From: Clostridia bacterium
GTDB lineage: Bacteria > Bacillota > Clostridia > Oscillospirales > CAG-272
Length of the DNA stretch: 64,000 nt
Reading direction: 5' to 3'
Assembly (NCBI GenBank): GCA_017454525.1
Contig: JAFTCT010000081.1
Span: 3,036-67,035, forward strand
This document shows, in pieces, positions 1 through 9,271 of the stretch. A program made the translations under genes and the position numbers. The notes below the pieces were generated by a model. That model did not search any database and was not told where the DNA came from. It saw only the letters and a list, made by a program, of their open reading frames with translations. Within the stretch, counting starts at the first letter, position 1. Every line of letters begins with the position of its first letter.

Positions 1-296
1 TCTGGCCGGGATTCGGCGACAACATGAGAGTGCTGCTCTGGATCCTCGCGCGCTGCGAAGACAAGGTCGACGCGATCGAAACGCCGATCGGCTACGTTCC
101 GAAGCCCGAGGATATCGATATCGAAGGCCTTGACGGCATCACGATCGATACGATCAAGGGTCTGCTCTCGATCGACAAGGCGTCCTGGCAGGAGGACATC
201 CTCAATATCCTCGCCTTCTACGATCAGGTCGGCAGCCACGTTCCGAAGGAAATGTACGAGGAACTGGCGGCGCTCGCTGCAAGACTGGCAAAATAA
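1..296 (+). CDS. pck: GTP-dependent phosphoenolpyruvate carboxykinase, C-terminal fragment (start lies upstream of window)
   Basis: The frame is open to the 5' edge. The tail ...AIETPIGYVPKPEDIDIEGLDGI...SWQEDI...HVPKEMYEEL resembles the conserved C-terminus of bacterial GTP-PEPCK. A strong terminator follows. Confidence 0.8.
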   Translation, partial: WPGFGDNMRVLLWILARCEDKVDAIETPIGYVPKPEDIDIEGLDGITIDTIKGLLSIDKASWQEDILNILAFYDQVGSHVPKEMYEELAALAARLAK

Positions 297-308
297 CAGA
301 TCATCCGC

Positions 309-344
309 TTCATCCGGCGCGAACGCGCCGGATGAAGTTTTTTT
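309..344 (+). terminator. Rho-independent terminator after pck
   Basis: Perfect 13-bp stem ttcatccggcgcg/cgcgccggatgaa (309-321 / 324-336) followed by a T7 run (338-344). Confidence 0.85.
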
Positions 345-357
345 CGCACATTCAATA

Positions 358-386
358 TTGACTTTTTTTGAGAATTGCGGTAGAAT
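358..386 (+). promoter_or_regulatory. Sigma-A type promoter (TTGACT-17-TAGAAT)
   Basis: -35 TTGACT at 358-363, 17-nt spacer, -10 TAGAAT at 381-386, about 45 nt upstream of the ATG at 433. Confidence 0.6.
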
Positions 387-432
387 ACGAAAAAGAGATT
401 CTGAAGACGCATTGCGGCGTCCGGAGGGAGAT

Positions 433-1584
433 ATGGCGGATTTTTCGATCGATGAAAAACTGAAAAAAGAACTGAACAGCGCGTATGAAGAACGTGCGGC
501 GGCTGAAAAAAAGAAGACGGAGGCGTCCGACGCACTTTCAAAAGCCGAGACGAACAAGAAGGTCGCGGATTTCGCGCTGACGCGGCATAAGCACAACAAA
601 GCGTGGCTGATCCTGTTGATCATCGGACTCGGGTTCATGATCGCCTCGGTCGTCATCGCGCTCTACTGGCAGAAATCGGTGGACGTCCACAATTTCGCGG
701 AGGGGTTCGTCTACAACGGGGAACCGATCTTCCTTCTCAGTATCGGCGGCGCCGTGACGGTCACGGCGCTGATCTTCCTCTTTGTGAAACTGAGCAAGAG
801 GAAACAACTCATCATCAACGCGGAAAACGCCGACCGGGCGTATGACGAAGTACAGGCGGAATATGAAAAGGTCTGTGCGGCGTATGAGTGCGCGGAAGCG
901 CGGACGGCGGACTGTGAAGAGCGCGTAAGGAAGGCGGAAGAGGCGTTCCTTGCCGCCAATCCGGAGGAACTGGCAAAACGTCAGGCGGAGGAAGCGCGTA
1001 AGAAAGAGGAGGCGCTCGCCGCCCTTCGCCGCGAGGAGGAGATCAACCGCCGCGCGGCTGAAGAAGAGGAGAAAAGGCGCAGCGACCGTCTTGAGGCGGA
1101 TAAGATGTTCGAGCATCCTACGGCGTACGTTCTGGACGGCAAATATGAAAGCGAGTACGAGGTCTTTGAGGCGGCGGCGGAAATGGGCTCCCCCGAAGCG
1201 CAGGAGCGGATCGTGTCCTATATGATGGGCATGGTCTACCGCAACGGCGTCAAGCCCGATCCCGTCAAGGGCGAGGAACGGGCGCTGCGCTATGCGTCGG
1301 AGGGCAACTACGCCATGTACGAACTGCTCGGCCGCGGCTTCCTCTACGGCGAAGGAGACCTCAAAAAGGACGAGAAGAAGGGCTTTGCCTACCTTGAAAA
1401 AGCGTCCTCCAAAGGAAGACAGCAGGCGATGATCATGGCGGGGATCTGCTGCTATAACGGCGTGGGTACCGAGGAGAACGTCGCCGCCGCGCGCGGCTAC
1501 TTCGCGAAAGCCGCAAAGCAGGGCAACGAGCAGGCGATCCGCGTGGTCGCGGCGATCGACAACGGGGAGCGTCTGAGATTCTGA
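433..1584 (+). CDS. Membrane-anchored coiled-coil / Sel1-like (TPR-type) repeat protein
   Basis: ATG at 433 is preceded by GGAGGGA, whereas the ORF-track start at 130 has no RBS and overlaps the terminator. There are two hydrophobic segments (WLILLIIGLGFMIASVVIALYW and IFLLSIGGAVTVTALIFLFV). A charged coiled-coil stretch follows, then C-terminal Sel1-like repeats (GDLKKDEKKGFAYLEKASSKG..., GTEENVAAARGYFAKAAKQG). Confidence 0.7.
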   Translation: MADFSIDEKLKKELNSAYEERAAAEKKKTEASDALSKAETNKKVADFALTRHKHNKAWLILLIIGLGFMIASVVIALYWQKSVDVHNFAEGFVYNGEPIFLLSIGGAVTVTALIFLFVKLSKRKQLIINAENADRAYDEVQAEYEKVCAAYECAEARTADCEERVRKAEEAFLAANPEELAKRQAEEARKKEEALAALRREEEINRRAAEEEEKRRSDRLEADKMFEHPTAYVLDGKYESEYEVFEAAAEMGSPEAQERIVSYMMGMVYRNGVKPDPVKGEERALRYASEGNYAMYELLGRGFLYGEGDLKKDEKKGFAYLEKASSKGRQQAMIMAGICCYNGVGTEENVAAARGYFAKAAKQGNEQAIRVVAAIDNGERLRF

Positions 1585-1616
1585 CGAATGATTATGCACG
1601 TTTTCGATTTTTGTAA

Positions 1617-1664
1617 ATAAAAAGGGGTCCGTTTCGCGCGAATGTGCGAAGCGGACCCCTTTTC
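1617..1664. terminator. Bidirectional rho-independent terminator between convergent genes
   Basis: 14-bp stem ggggtccgtttcgc / gcgaagcggacccc (one G-U pair), flanked by an A-run 5' and TTTT 3'. Confidence 0.8.
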
Positions 1665-1680
1665 GCCGGTCAAAACGCCG

Positions 1681-2097
1681 TCAGGAAAATCTTTTATCGT
1701 ATTCGACCGAAGACTGCTCGGCGGATCTGCGCTTTTTTCTTGCGCGGATGATCAGCGCCACCGGCGCGATCAGCGCGTAGGCGATCAGGTAGCCGACGAG
1801 CAGGAGGACCCAGTTGCCGGTCTTCATATAGTCGGACAGCCACAGCACGGCAAGCAGGAGCAGACCGAGCAGGATGAAGTGCGTGGCGACCTTGAAATAG
1901 ACGGAGATCTTCGGGATACAGAAGCAAAGATTAACGAGCGCGATCCCTGCCGACGCAAAGAAAAGAATGATCGCCTTGTCGCCCATGATCTTTCCGTTGG
2001 AGATGAGAAGCGCCAGTACGAAGAGGGTGAAAAAGCAGGCGGTCGGACAAATGATCTTTCTGAATATGAAGGTGAAAACCGAAGGGATCCTTTTCAT
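1681..2097 (-). CDS. Small integral membrane protein (about 4 TM), unknown function
   Basis: 138-aa ORF made almost entirely of hydrophobic helices with a basic C-terminal tail (RARKKRRSAEQ). It is convergent with the Sel1 gene at a shared terminator. No family recognised. Confidence 0.55.
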   Translation of the reverse strand: MKRIPSVFTFIFRKIICPTACFFTLFVLALLISNGKIMGDKAIILFFASAGIALVNLCFCIPKISVYFKVATHFILLGLLLLAVLWLSDYMKTGNWVLLLVGYLIAYALIAPVALIIRARKKRRSAEQSSVEYDKRFS

Positions 2098-2219
2098 TCT
2101 GTCAGTACGCCCCGGCGGGGAACCTTTCTGTAGGATGATCCATTATACAATAATCGCGGCGTTTTTGCAAGGGGTGGGCGAAAAATAGGGAAAAACTTTC
2201 TTTATCCGCACTTTTGGTG

Positions 2220-2248
2220 TTGACATTGCCGCTTAATAATTGTATAAT
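2220..2248 (+). promoter_or_regulatory. Sigma-A type promoter (TTGACA-17-TATAAT) for the ispA operon
   Basis: Perfect consensus hexamers at 2220-2225 and 2243-2248 with a 17-nt spacer, 36 nt upstream of the ATG at 2284. Confidence 0.7.
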
Positions 2249-2283
2249 AATAATGAATAGTCATCGGAAAGGAAGTGCAGATC

Positions 2284-3162
2284 ATGTTAGACGAAGACGG
2301 CAGACTCTACGCTCACGCGCGCCTGATCAACGCGGCGTTCGAGAAGTATTTTCCCGCGACAGGGGAAAACGGCACTCTGGTCAAGAGCATCCGGTATACG
2401 GCGCTCGCGCCCGGCAAACGCATCCGTCCGCATCTGACTCTTGAATTCTGCCGGTTGTTCGGCGGAAAGGAAGAGGAGGCGCTTCCTTACGCCTGCGCCG
2501 TGGAGGCGATCCACACCGGGTATATCATCTACGACGATCTGCCCTGTATGGACAACGGCGACCTGCGCAGAGGGCGGGCGACCAACCATCGCGTTTACGG
2601 CGAGGCGACGGCGACGCTTGCGGGCGGCGCTCTGACGAGTTTCGCCTTCTATCTGACCTCGACTAACCGCTTTTTCGACAGCGAGACCAACGCCCGTGCG
2701 ACGGCGCTTCTGGCTGAAAAATCCGGCTATACCGGAATGTTCGGCGGACAGGCGGAGGACATTCAGAACGAAGACCGCGAAGTCAACTGCAGGGATCTTG
2801 AGCGCATCAACCGCCTGAAGACCGGCGCGCTGCTCGAAGCGGCGTGCGGGCTCGGCTGTATCGCGGCGCACGCGGGAGAATCCGCCTACATCGACGCGTC
2901 GGCGTACGCGCTGAATTTCGGCGCGGCGTTTCAGATCATCGACGACTATCTCGATATCAGGATCCCGACGAAACTGCTCGGGAAAAGCGCGCTCAGCGAC
3001 GTGAAAAACGTGAAAACGACCTTTATCACCATGCTGGGCGAGGAGGGCGCGCTCGACCTGGCGAAACAGTATACGGAGCGCGCCGCCGAGGCGATCTCAA
3101 AATACCCGGGCAGCGATTATCTGACGCAGTTCGCGTTCAATATGCTGCAGAGAAAGAGATGA
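2284..3162 (+). CDS. ispA: Polyprenyl (farnesyl/geranylgeranyl) diphosphate synthase
   Basis: First Asp-rich motif IIYDDLPCMDNGDLRRG and second motif FQIIDDYLD. ATG 2284 follows GGAAAGGAAG; the track's GTG at 2275 is an alternative start. Confidence 0.85.
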   Translation: MLDEDGRLYAHARLINAAFEKYFPATGENGTLVKSIRYTALAPGKRIRPHLTLEFCRLFGGKEEEALPYACAVEAIHTGYIIYDDLPCMDNGDLRRGRATNHRVYGEATATLAGGALTSFAFYLTSTNRFFDSETNARATALLAEKSGYTGMFGGQAEDIQNEDREVNCRDLERINRLKTGALLEAACGLGCIAAHAGESAYIDASAYALNFGAAFQIIDDYLDIRIPTKLLGKSALSDVKNVKTTFITMLGEEGALDLAKQYTERAAEAISKYPGSDYLTQFAFNMLQRKR

Positions 3163-3944
3163 GACTCGACCGCTATCTTGCGCAGAACGGGCTCGCCCCG
3201 TCGAGGCAGCGGGCGCTTGCGCTCATAAAGGCGGGCGCGGTGACGCTCGACGGAAAGACCGAAACGCGCCCGTCGGCAAAAACCGACGGCAGGACCGTTT
3301 CGGTGACGGGCGAAGGACTGCGCTACGTCAGCCGCGGCGGGCTGAAACTGGAAGAGGCGCTGAACGTCTTTGAAATCGATCCCGCGGGAAAAGTCTGCCT
3401 TGATCTCGGCGCTTCTACCGGCGGCTTCACCGATTGCCTTTTGCAGAACGGCGCCCGGAAAGTCTACGCCCTTGACGTCGGGCACGGTCAGTTGTCCCCG
3501 AAACTGCAGGATCATCCCGCCGTTGTGAATATCGAGGGGTGCAACGCGCGCGCCGTGGCGCCGGAACTGTTTTCAGAGATCATCGACCTTGCGGTCTCGG
3601 ATCTGTCGTTCATTTCGCAGAGATTGATCTACGCTCCGCTTTCGGCCGTTTTGCCCGTCGGCACGCCCTTCATTTCGCTGATCAAACCGCAGTTTGAAGC
3701 GGGGAAGAGCGCTGTCGGCAAGAACGGGATCGTCAGGGATCGCGGCGTTCACGAGCGGGTGATCGCGGAACTGGCGCAAGAGGCGCATGAAGCGGGATTT
3801 GGACTGACCGCGCTCTGCGCTTCGCCGATCAGAGGCGGCGACGGGAACAGGGAATATCTCGCGCTGTTCGTACGCGGAGAGGAATGCCGCGTGACGCTCG
3901 GCGCCATTCACGATACAGTAAACGACGAGGAGAACGGAGAATGA
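3159..3944 (+). CDS. tlyA: TlyA-family rRNA (cytidine-2'-O)-methyltransferase (S4 + FtsJ domains)
   Basis: MRLDRYLAQNGL... S4-like N-terminus and SAM-binding motif DLGASTGGFTDCLL. The ATG at 3159 overlaps the ispA stop (ATGA). The longer ORF from 2844 overlaps ispA and is rejected. Confidence 0.85.
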   Translation: MRLDRYLAQNGLAPSRQRALALIKAGAVTLDGKTETRPSAKTDGRTVSVTGEGLRYVSRGGLKLEEALNVFEIDPAGKVCLDLGASTGGFTDCLLQNGARKVYALDVGHGQLSPKLQDHPAVVNIEGCNARAVAPELFSEIIDLAVSDLSFISQRLIYAPLSAVLPVGTPFISLIKPQFEAGKSAVGKNGIVRDRGVHERVIAELAQEAHEAGFGLTALCASPIRGGDGNREYLALFVRGEECRVTLGAIHDTVNDEENGE

Positions 3945-4765
3945 TTTTTTCCGTATTTACCATTGCCGGCGACGGGCGTGCGCGCCTGCTCGCCGAGGAA
4001 CTGACGGCAAAACTGAAAAAGGGCGGCGCTGAGGTCTGCCTGCTTCCCGAAGGTTCGACGCTGCCTTCACGGCAGTCGGACGCCGCGATCGCTTTCGGCG
4101 GCGACGGTTTTATACTGGCGGTCGCCGGACAGTTGACCGCCCGGGGGCAAACGCCGCTTCTGGGCATCAATTGCGGACATCTCGGCTATCTCGCGTCGGG
4201 ACGGGAAGTCACCAACGAAACGGTGAAGCGTCTGCTCGAGGGCGATTACAGCGTCGACAGGCGCATGATGCTCTCGGCGGATTTCGGAAACGGGAAGAAA
4301 GCGTACGCGATCAACGATCTGACGCTCCTGAGAGCGGCGCAGCCGGGAGAAAACCTCGGGATCACCACGATCAAAGCGCGGTGCGACGGCGCGTCGCTCG
4401 GCAGTTACAGGGCTGACGGGCTCATCGTCTCCACGCCCACCGGTTCAACGGCGTATGCGCTCTCGGCGGGCGGAAGCGTCATCGATCCCGAAATGCGCTG
4501 CATCTGCCTGACGCCGGTCTGCGCGCATTCCCTGACGGCAAGGCAGATCGTGCTGGCACCCGATAAGACCGTTACGCTGACGTGCAGCGATCCGAAGGGA
4601 CGAAGCCTCTTATGCGCCGTCGACGGCGCGTACTGCAAAGACCTTGCGCCCGGAGAGCGCGTCACGGTGCGCGCAAGCAAAAAAACCGCGCGATTCATTT
4701 GCTTCAAAGACCGATTTTTCTTTGATACGCTGCGAAAAAAACTGACGGATGAGTCAAACGCCTGA
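3941..4765 (+). CDS. nadK: NAD kinase
   Basis: GGDG motif (AFGGDGFILAV), INCGHLGYL and STPTGSTAYALSAGG motifs. The ATG at 3941 overlaps the tlyA stop (ATGA). Confidence 0.9.
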   Translation: MIFSVFTIAGDGRARLLAEELTAKLKKGGAEVCLLPEGSTLPSRQSDAAIAFGGDGFILAVAGQLTARGQTPLLGINCGHLGYLASGREVTNETVKRLLEGDYSVDRRMMLSADFGNGKKAYAINDLTLLRAAQPGENLGITTIKARCDGASLGSYRADGLIVSTPTGSTAYALSAGGSVIDPEMRCICLTPVCAHSLTARQIVLAPDKTVTLTCSDPKGRSLLCAVDGAYCKDLAPGERVTVRASKKTARFICFKDRFFFDTLRKKLTDESNA

Positions 4766-4789
4766 TCCGTCGTCAAGAAAGGACCGATT

Positions 4790-5245
4790 ATGAAAAACGG
4801 AAGACAGAAACAGATCCTCGCGATCATCTCCGACCATGAAGTGGAAACGCAGGAGGAGTTGATCGAGCGCCTGAGAGCCAGGGGCTTCAAGGCGACACAG
4901 GCAACGGTTTCCAGGGACATCAAGGAACTGAAGATCATCAAGATCGCGACCGACAACGGGAAGTATAAGTATACGCAGCCCTCGGCGGACGATCTGAAGG
5001 CGACGGCGAAGTTCGACAACGTCCTGCGCGAAACGGTGATCTCGGTGAAATACGGCGGCACGCTCGTCGTCATCAAGACCTTCACCGGTATGGCGATGGC
5101 GGCGGCGACGGCGATAGACTCTATGCAGATGAACTGTATTCTCGGAACGATCGCCGGCGACGATACCATTTTCATCGCGGTGACCGACGAAGTCGCCTGC
5201 GAACTGATCGAACAGCGCATCGAGCGGATCATCGCCGACAGGTGA
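4790..5245 (+). CDS. argR: Arginine repressor
   Basis: Winged-helix QATVSRDIKEL and C-terminal GTIAGDDTIF oligomerisation/arginine-binding motif. Canonical position between nadK and recN. Confidence 0.9.
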   Translation: MKNGRQKQILAIISDHEVETQEELIERLRARGFKATQATVSRDIKELKIIKIATDNGKYKYTQPSADDLKATAKFDNVLRETVISVKYGGTLVVIKTFTGMAMAAATAIDSMQMNCILGTIAGDDTIFIAVTDEVACELIEQRIERIIADR

Positions 5246-5282
5246 CCTGCGGTATACCGGCGAAAGAAAGGAGGAGGCGGCG

Positions 5283-6980
5283 ATGCTTTCTGCTTTACAC
5301 ATTGAGAATATCGCCGTGATCAAGGAACTGAACGTCGATTTTTCCTCCGGCTTTTCGGTCCTGACCGGCGAGACGGGCGCGGGAAAGTCGATCGTGATCG
5401 GTTCGGTCAGGATGCTGCTCGGCTCGAAAACCGACCGCGACATGATCAGGGAGGGCGAGAAGGAAGCGTCTGTCGAAGGGCTCTTCTCGTCTCTCGACGC
5501 GCGCAGCGCGTCGCTTCTGCGCGAACTCGGCGTAGAGCCCGACGAGAACGGCGAACTGCTTTTGAAGAGGAAGGTGACTTCCGACGGGAAGTCGGTCTGC
5601 AAGATCAACGGCAGGACCGTTCCGCTCTCACTTCTGCGCGATACCGGCAGGGTCCTGCTCGGGATCCACGGACAGCACGACACGCAGACGCTCTTATCGG
5701 AGGAAACGCATCTGAAGCTGCTTGACAGGTACGGCGCGTGTGAGGCGCAGTATGAACGGTACCGGGAGGCATACCGGCGCTCCGTTGAGGTCAAGAGCCG
5801 TCTGACGGCGCTTCTCAAAGAGGAGAGCGACCGGGATCTTCTGACAGAAAAGTATACGAGAACGAAAAAAGAGATCCTTGAGGCGAAACTCAGGGAGGGC
5901 GAGGAAGAACGGCTAACGGAGAGGAAAAAGATCGTCCGCGACGCTCAGAAACTTGTGAAGCAGGCGCGGATCGTCTACAGAGCGCTCTATAAAAACGAGA
6001 AGGGCGCCTCCGCCGCGGAACTCACGGAAATCGCCCAAAACGCGCTCGGGCAGTTGTCGGGCGTACTGCCCGAAGGCGAGCAGTATGCCGCGTTTTTGAG
6101 CGAATGCTCCCTGAAATTCGAGGAGATCGCGCACGCGGTCGACGCGATCATCGGGATCGCGGGGGAGAATCCGGAGGACGAACTCAACCGGATCGAAGAC
6201 CGGCTGGATCTCATCAGGTCGCTGAAAAGAAAATACGGCGACAGCGTTTCCGAGATTCTATATACCTGCAGGGAAGCCGAAGAGAAGCTCGAAATGCTCA
6301 AAAACCGCGATAAGGAACTTGAGCAGTTGAAAACCGAACTTGAGCGCGCGGTGGAAGAAGCCCGTAAAGAAGGCTTTGCGCTCAGCGCTCTGCGCCGGAA
6401 GGCGGCGGAAAAGTTGGAGAAAGCGGTCAACGCGCAGACGGCGTTTCTCGATCTCGACAAAGTGGTCTTCAAGGTCGAGGCGAACGAGGAGTATATCGCG
6501 CCCGGAACGCCGAAACTGACGGCGACCGGGATCGACTGCGTGCGTTTTCTTGTCACCACCAACCCGGGAGAGCCCTTCAAACCGCTGTCCGACATCGCGT
6601 CGGGCGGCGAACTGTCGCGCATCATGCTGGCTCTGAAGGCGGCGCTCGCCGATAAGGAATCGACCCCGACGCTGGTATTCGACGAGATCGACACCGGCGT
6701 ATCCGGCAAGACTTCGCAAAAGATCGGCATCAGAATGCGCGCGCTCGGCGCCTTTTCGCAGGTTTTTTCGGTCACGCATTCCGCGCAGGTCGCCGCGTGC
6801 GGTCATCACCATTTCCTCATTGAGAAGGAGGAAAAGGAGGGGCGCAGCAGCACGACGATCAGGGAACTTGACGAAGAGGGAAGAATAAACGAACTGTCCC
6901 GGATCATGGGCGGGATCCACATTACGGACAGCGTAAGAAAAAGTGCAAAAGAACTTCTGTCGGACGGACAGAAGAACTGA
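5283..6980 (+). CDS. recN: DNA repair protein RecN
   Basis: MLSALHIENIAVI... N-terminus, Walker A GETGAGKS, long coiled-coil middle, C-terminal signature SGGELSRIMLALK and Walker B LVFDEID. Confidence 0.95.
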   Translation: MLSALHIENIAVIKELNVDFSSGFSVLTGETGAGKSIVIGSVRMLLGSKTDRDMIREGEKEASVEGLFSSLDARSASLLRELGVEPDENGELLLKRKVTSDGKSVCKINGRTVPLSLLRDTGRVLLGIHGQHDTQTLLSEETHLKLLDRYGACEAQYERYREAYRRSVEVKSRLTALLKEESDRDLLTEKYTRTKKEILEAKLREGEEERLTERKKIVRDAQKLVKQARIVYRALYKNEKGASAAELTEIAQNALGQLSGVLPEGEQYAAFLSECSLKFEEIAHAVDAIIGIAGENPEDELNRIEDRLDLIRSLKRKYGDSVSEILYTCREAEEKLEMLKNRDKELEQLKTELERAVEEARKEGFALSALRRKAAEKLEKAVNAQTAFLDLDKVVFKVEANEEYIAPGTPKLTATGIDCVRFLVTTNPGEPFKPLSDIASGGELSRIMLALKAALADKESTPTLVFDEIDTGVSGKTSQKIGIRMRALGAFSQVFSVTHSAQVAACGHHHFLIEKEEKEGRSSTTIRELDEEGRINELSRIMGGIHITDSVRKSAKELLSDGQKN

Positions 6981-7013
6981 ATATACGCCGCTTTCACGGC
7001 GGTTCGGAAAGGA

Positions 7014-8246
7014 ATGGAAAAAATGACTTTATACGAGGAACTGGTCAGAAGAGGACTGATCGCACAGGTCACGAACGAGGAAGAGATCAAGAACATGATC
7101 AACGAAGGGAAAGCCACCTTCTATATCGGCTTTGACTGCACGGCGGACAGTCTGACCGCCGGTCATTTCATGGCGCTGACGCTCATGAAGCGTCTGCAGA
7201 TGGCGGGCAACAAGCCCATCGCCTTGATCGGAGGCGGAACGACGATGATCGGCGACCCCTCCGGCAGGACCGATATGCGCAAAATGCTGACGCGCGAGGA
7301 CATCGACCACAACGCCGAGTGCTTCAGACGCCAGATGGAGCGCTTCATCGAATTCGGCGAGGGCAAAGCGCTGATGGTCAACAACGCAGACTGGCTTCTG
7401 TCGCTCAATTACGTCGAACTGCTGCGCGAAGTGGGCGCCTGCTTTTCGGTGAACAATATGCTGCGCGCGGAATGCTACAAGCAGCGTATGGAAAGAGGGC
7501 TGTCCTTCTTTGAATTCAACTACATGATCATGCAGTCCTACGACTTCTACTACCTCTTCAAAAACTATAACTGCAATATGCAGTTCGGCGGCGACGATCA
7601 GTGGTCGAATATGCTGGGCGGCACCGAGCTGATCAGAAAGAAACTCGGCAAGGACGCGCACGCGATGACCATCACGCTGCTGACCGATTCGCAGGGGCAT
7701 AAGATGGGCAAGACCGCGGGCAACGCCGTATGGCTCGACCCGAACAAGACCTCTCCCTACGACTTCTTCCAGTACTGGCGGAACGTCGGCGACGCGGACG
7801 TGATCAAGTGCCTTAAGATGCTGACCTTCCTGCCGCTCGAGCAGATAGAGGAAATGGAAAAATGGGAGGGAAGCCGCGTCAACGAGGCAAAGGAGATCCT
7901 CGCCTATGAGCTGACGGCGCTCGTGCACGGTCCCGAGGAAGCTGAAAAAGCGCGCGCCGCCGCGAGAGCGATCTTCGGCGCGGGAACGTCAAGCGAGAAT
8001 ATGCCCACGACCGAAGTGCCGTCCTCGGCGCTTGCAGACGGAAAGATCGCCGTGACCGATCTCATGGTCTTAGCGAAACTCGCGCCCTCCAAGGGCGAAG
8101 CGAAGCGGCTGATCCAGCAGGGCGGCGTGACGCTCGACGAACAGAAGATCGAACGCTTTGACGCGACCGTGAGCGAAGCGCAGTTAAAGGCGGGCGCCGT
8201 CGTCCGCAAGGGCAAAAAGGTCTTCGTGAAATTCATTCTTGCCTGA
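7014..8246 (+). CDS. tyrS: Tyrosine--tRNA ligase
   Basis: Class I fold with KMGKT (KMSKS-type) motif, GGDDQWSN, and a C-terminal S4 domain (GEAKRLIQQGGVTLDEQKI). ATG 7023 is an alternative start. Confidence 0.95.
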   Translation: MEKMTLYEELVRRGLIAQVTNEEEIKNMINEGKATFYIGFDCTADSLTAGHFMALTLMKRLQMAGNKPIALIGGGTTMIGDPSGRTDMRKMLTREDIDHNAECFRRQMERFIEFGEGKALMVNNADWLLSLNYVELLREVGACFSVNNMLRAECYKQRMERGLSFFEFNYMIMQSYDFYYLFKNYNCNMQFGGDDQWSNMLGGTELIRKKLGKDAHAMTITLLTDSQGHKMGKTAGNAVWLDPNKTSPYDFFQYWRNVGDADVIKCLKMLTFLPLEQIEEMEKWEGSRVNEAKEILAYELTALVHGPEEAEKARAAARAIFGAGTSSENMPTTEVPSSALADGKIAVTDLMVLAKLAPSKGEAKRLIQQGGVTLDEQKIERFDATVSEAQLKAGAVVRKGKKVFVKFILA

Positions 8247-8326
8247 CAGGGCATCACATACCGATCACGGCGAACGCGGCGCATTGCCGGTTCGCCGTCC
8301 ACGCACCTTATACGGAGGAAACGATT

Positions 8327-9235
8327 TTGGATCACGCGTTTGAAAAAGAGCTTGAAGAACTGGAAAGAAGCGGTTCGCTGCGCGTCGAAAGGGAAGCGCC
8401 CCTTTCAAAACTCTGCAGTTTCCGGATCGGCGGACCGGCGGAATACGCGCTCTTTCCGAAGAACGAATCCGGGTTCATCGGCGTATGTTCCGCGCTGCGC
8501 GGCGCGGGAATGCCGATCCGCGTGGTCGGCAACGCGTCCAACATCCTCTTTCCCGACGAGGGCGTACGCGGCGCCGTCGTCTTCATGACGGCGATGAGCG
8601 GCGCGCGTTTTTCGGGCAGGTCCGTGACGGCGCGCGCAGGCGAACGCGTGACGGCGCTCGCCTCCAAAGCGAAGAAAAAGGGACTGGCGGGTCTTGAGTT
8701 TTACTACGGGATCCCCGGCAGCGTCGGGGGCGCCGTCTATATGAACGCCGGCGCCTACGAGCACGAAACGGCGGAGGTGCTGGATCACAGCCGCTGCTAC
8801 GACGTCAAGACCGGCGAGATCACGGAACTGAAAAAGGAAGAGCACGATTTTTCCTACCGTCATTCCGCCTATGCCGGCACCTCCCGCGTGCTTCTTTCCG
8901 CGACGTATCTTCTGACGCCCGCGAACGAAGAGGAGATCGGCGGGCGCATGGAGGATTATATGGCGCGCAGAAAAAGCAAGCAGCCGCTCGAGTATCCGAG
9001 CGCAGGGAGCGTCTTCAAGCGCTATCCGGGGTATTTCACCGCGAAACTGATCGATGAAGCGGGACTCAAGGGGCGCGCCGTGGGCGGCGCGCAGGTCTCG
9101 GTCAAGCATGCCGGTTTTATCATCAATACCGGCGGCGCGACAGCAAAGGACGTGAAGGAACTCGTGAAGATCATCGAGGAGGAACTCTACCGTCGCAACG
9201 GGATCCGCATCGAGCGGGAACTGATCTATTTCTGA
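8327..9235 (+). CDS. murB: UDP-N-acetylenolpyruvoylglucosamine reductase
   Basis: FRIGGPAEY and GGAVYMNAGAYE motifs, SAGSVFKR. TTG start at 8327 is preceded by GGAGG at 9-nt spacing. Confidence 0.9.
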   Translation: MDHAFEKELEELERSGSLRVEREAPLSKLCSFRIGGPAEYALFPKNESGFIGVCSALRGAGMPIRVVGNASNILFPDEGVRGAVVFMTAMSGARFSGRSVTARAGERVTALASKAKKKGLAGLEFYYGIPGSVGGAVYMNAGAYEHETAEVLDHSRCYDVKTGEITELKKEEHDFSYRHSAYAGTSRVLLSATYLLTPANEEEIGGRMEDYMARRKSKQPLEYPSAGSVFKRYPGYFTAKLIDEAGLKGRAVGGAQVSVKHAGFIINTGGATAKDVKELVKIIEEELYRRNGIRIERELIYF

Positions 9236-9271
9236 CGGTCTGCGCATCTGTTTGAGAAAGGAGTGTGGAGA

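Noticed and set aside
130-432. N-terminal extension of the Sel1-repeat ORF (the ORF-track start at 130 overlaps the pck 3' end).
   Set aside because: The extension overlaps pck, runs through its terminator and the promoter at 358-386, and is Arg/Ser-rich nonsense. ATG 433 has a GGAGGGA RBS.
2844-3158. Upstream extension of the tlyA ORF overlapping the ispA 3' half.
   Set aside because: It lies in a different frame over the well-supported ispA coding sequence. The TlyA homology (S4 domain MRLDRYL) begins at 3159, which is coupled to the ispA stop.
6981-7013. Expected T-box leaders upstream of tyrS, and likewise upstream of aspS (45275-45325) and the gltX/glnS operon (35528-35556).
   Set aside because: The leaders are only about 25-45 nt long, and I found no T-box core sequence or specifier/antiterminator architecture by eye. 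Infernal confirmation is still needed.
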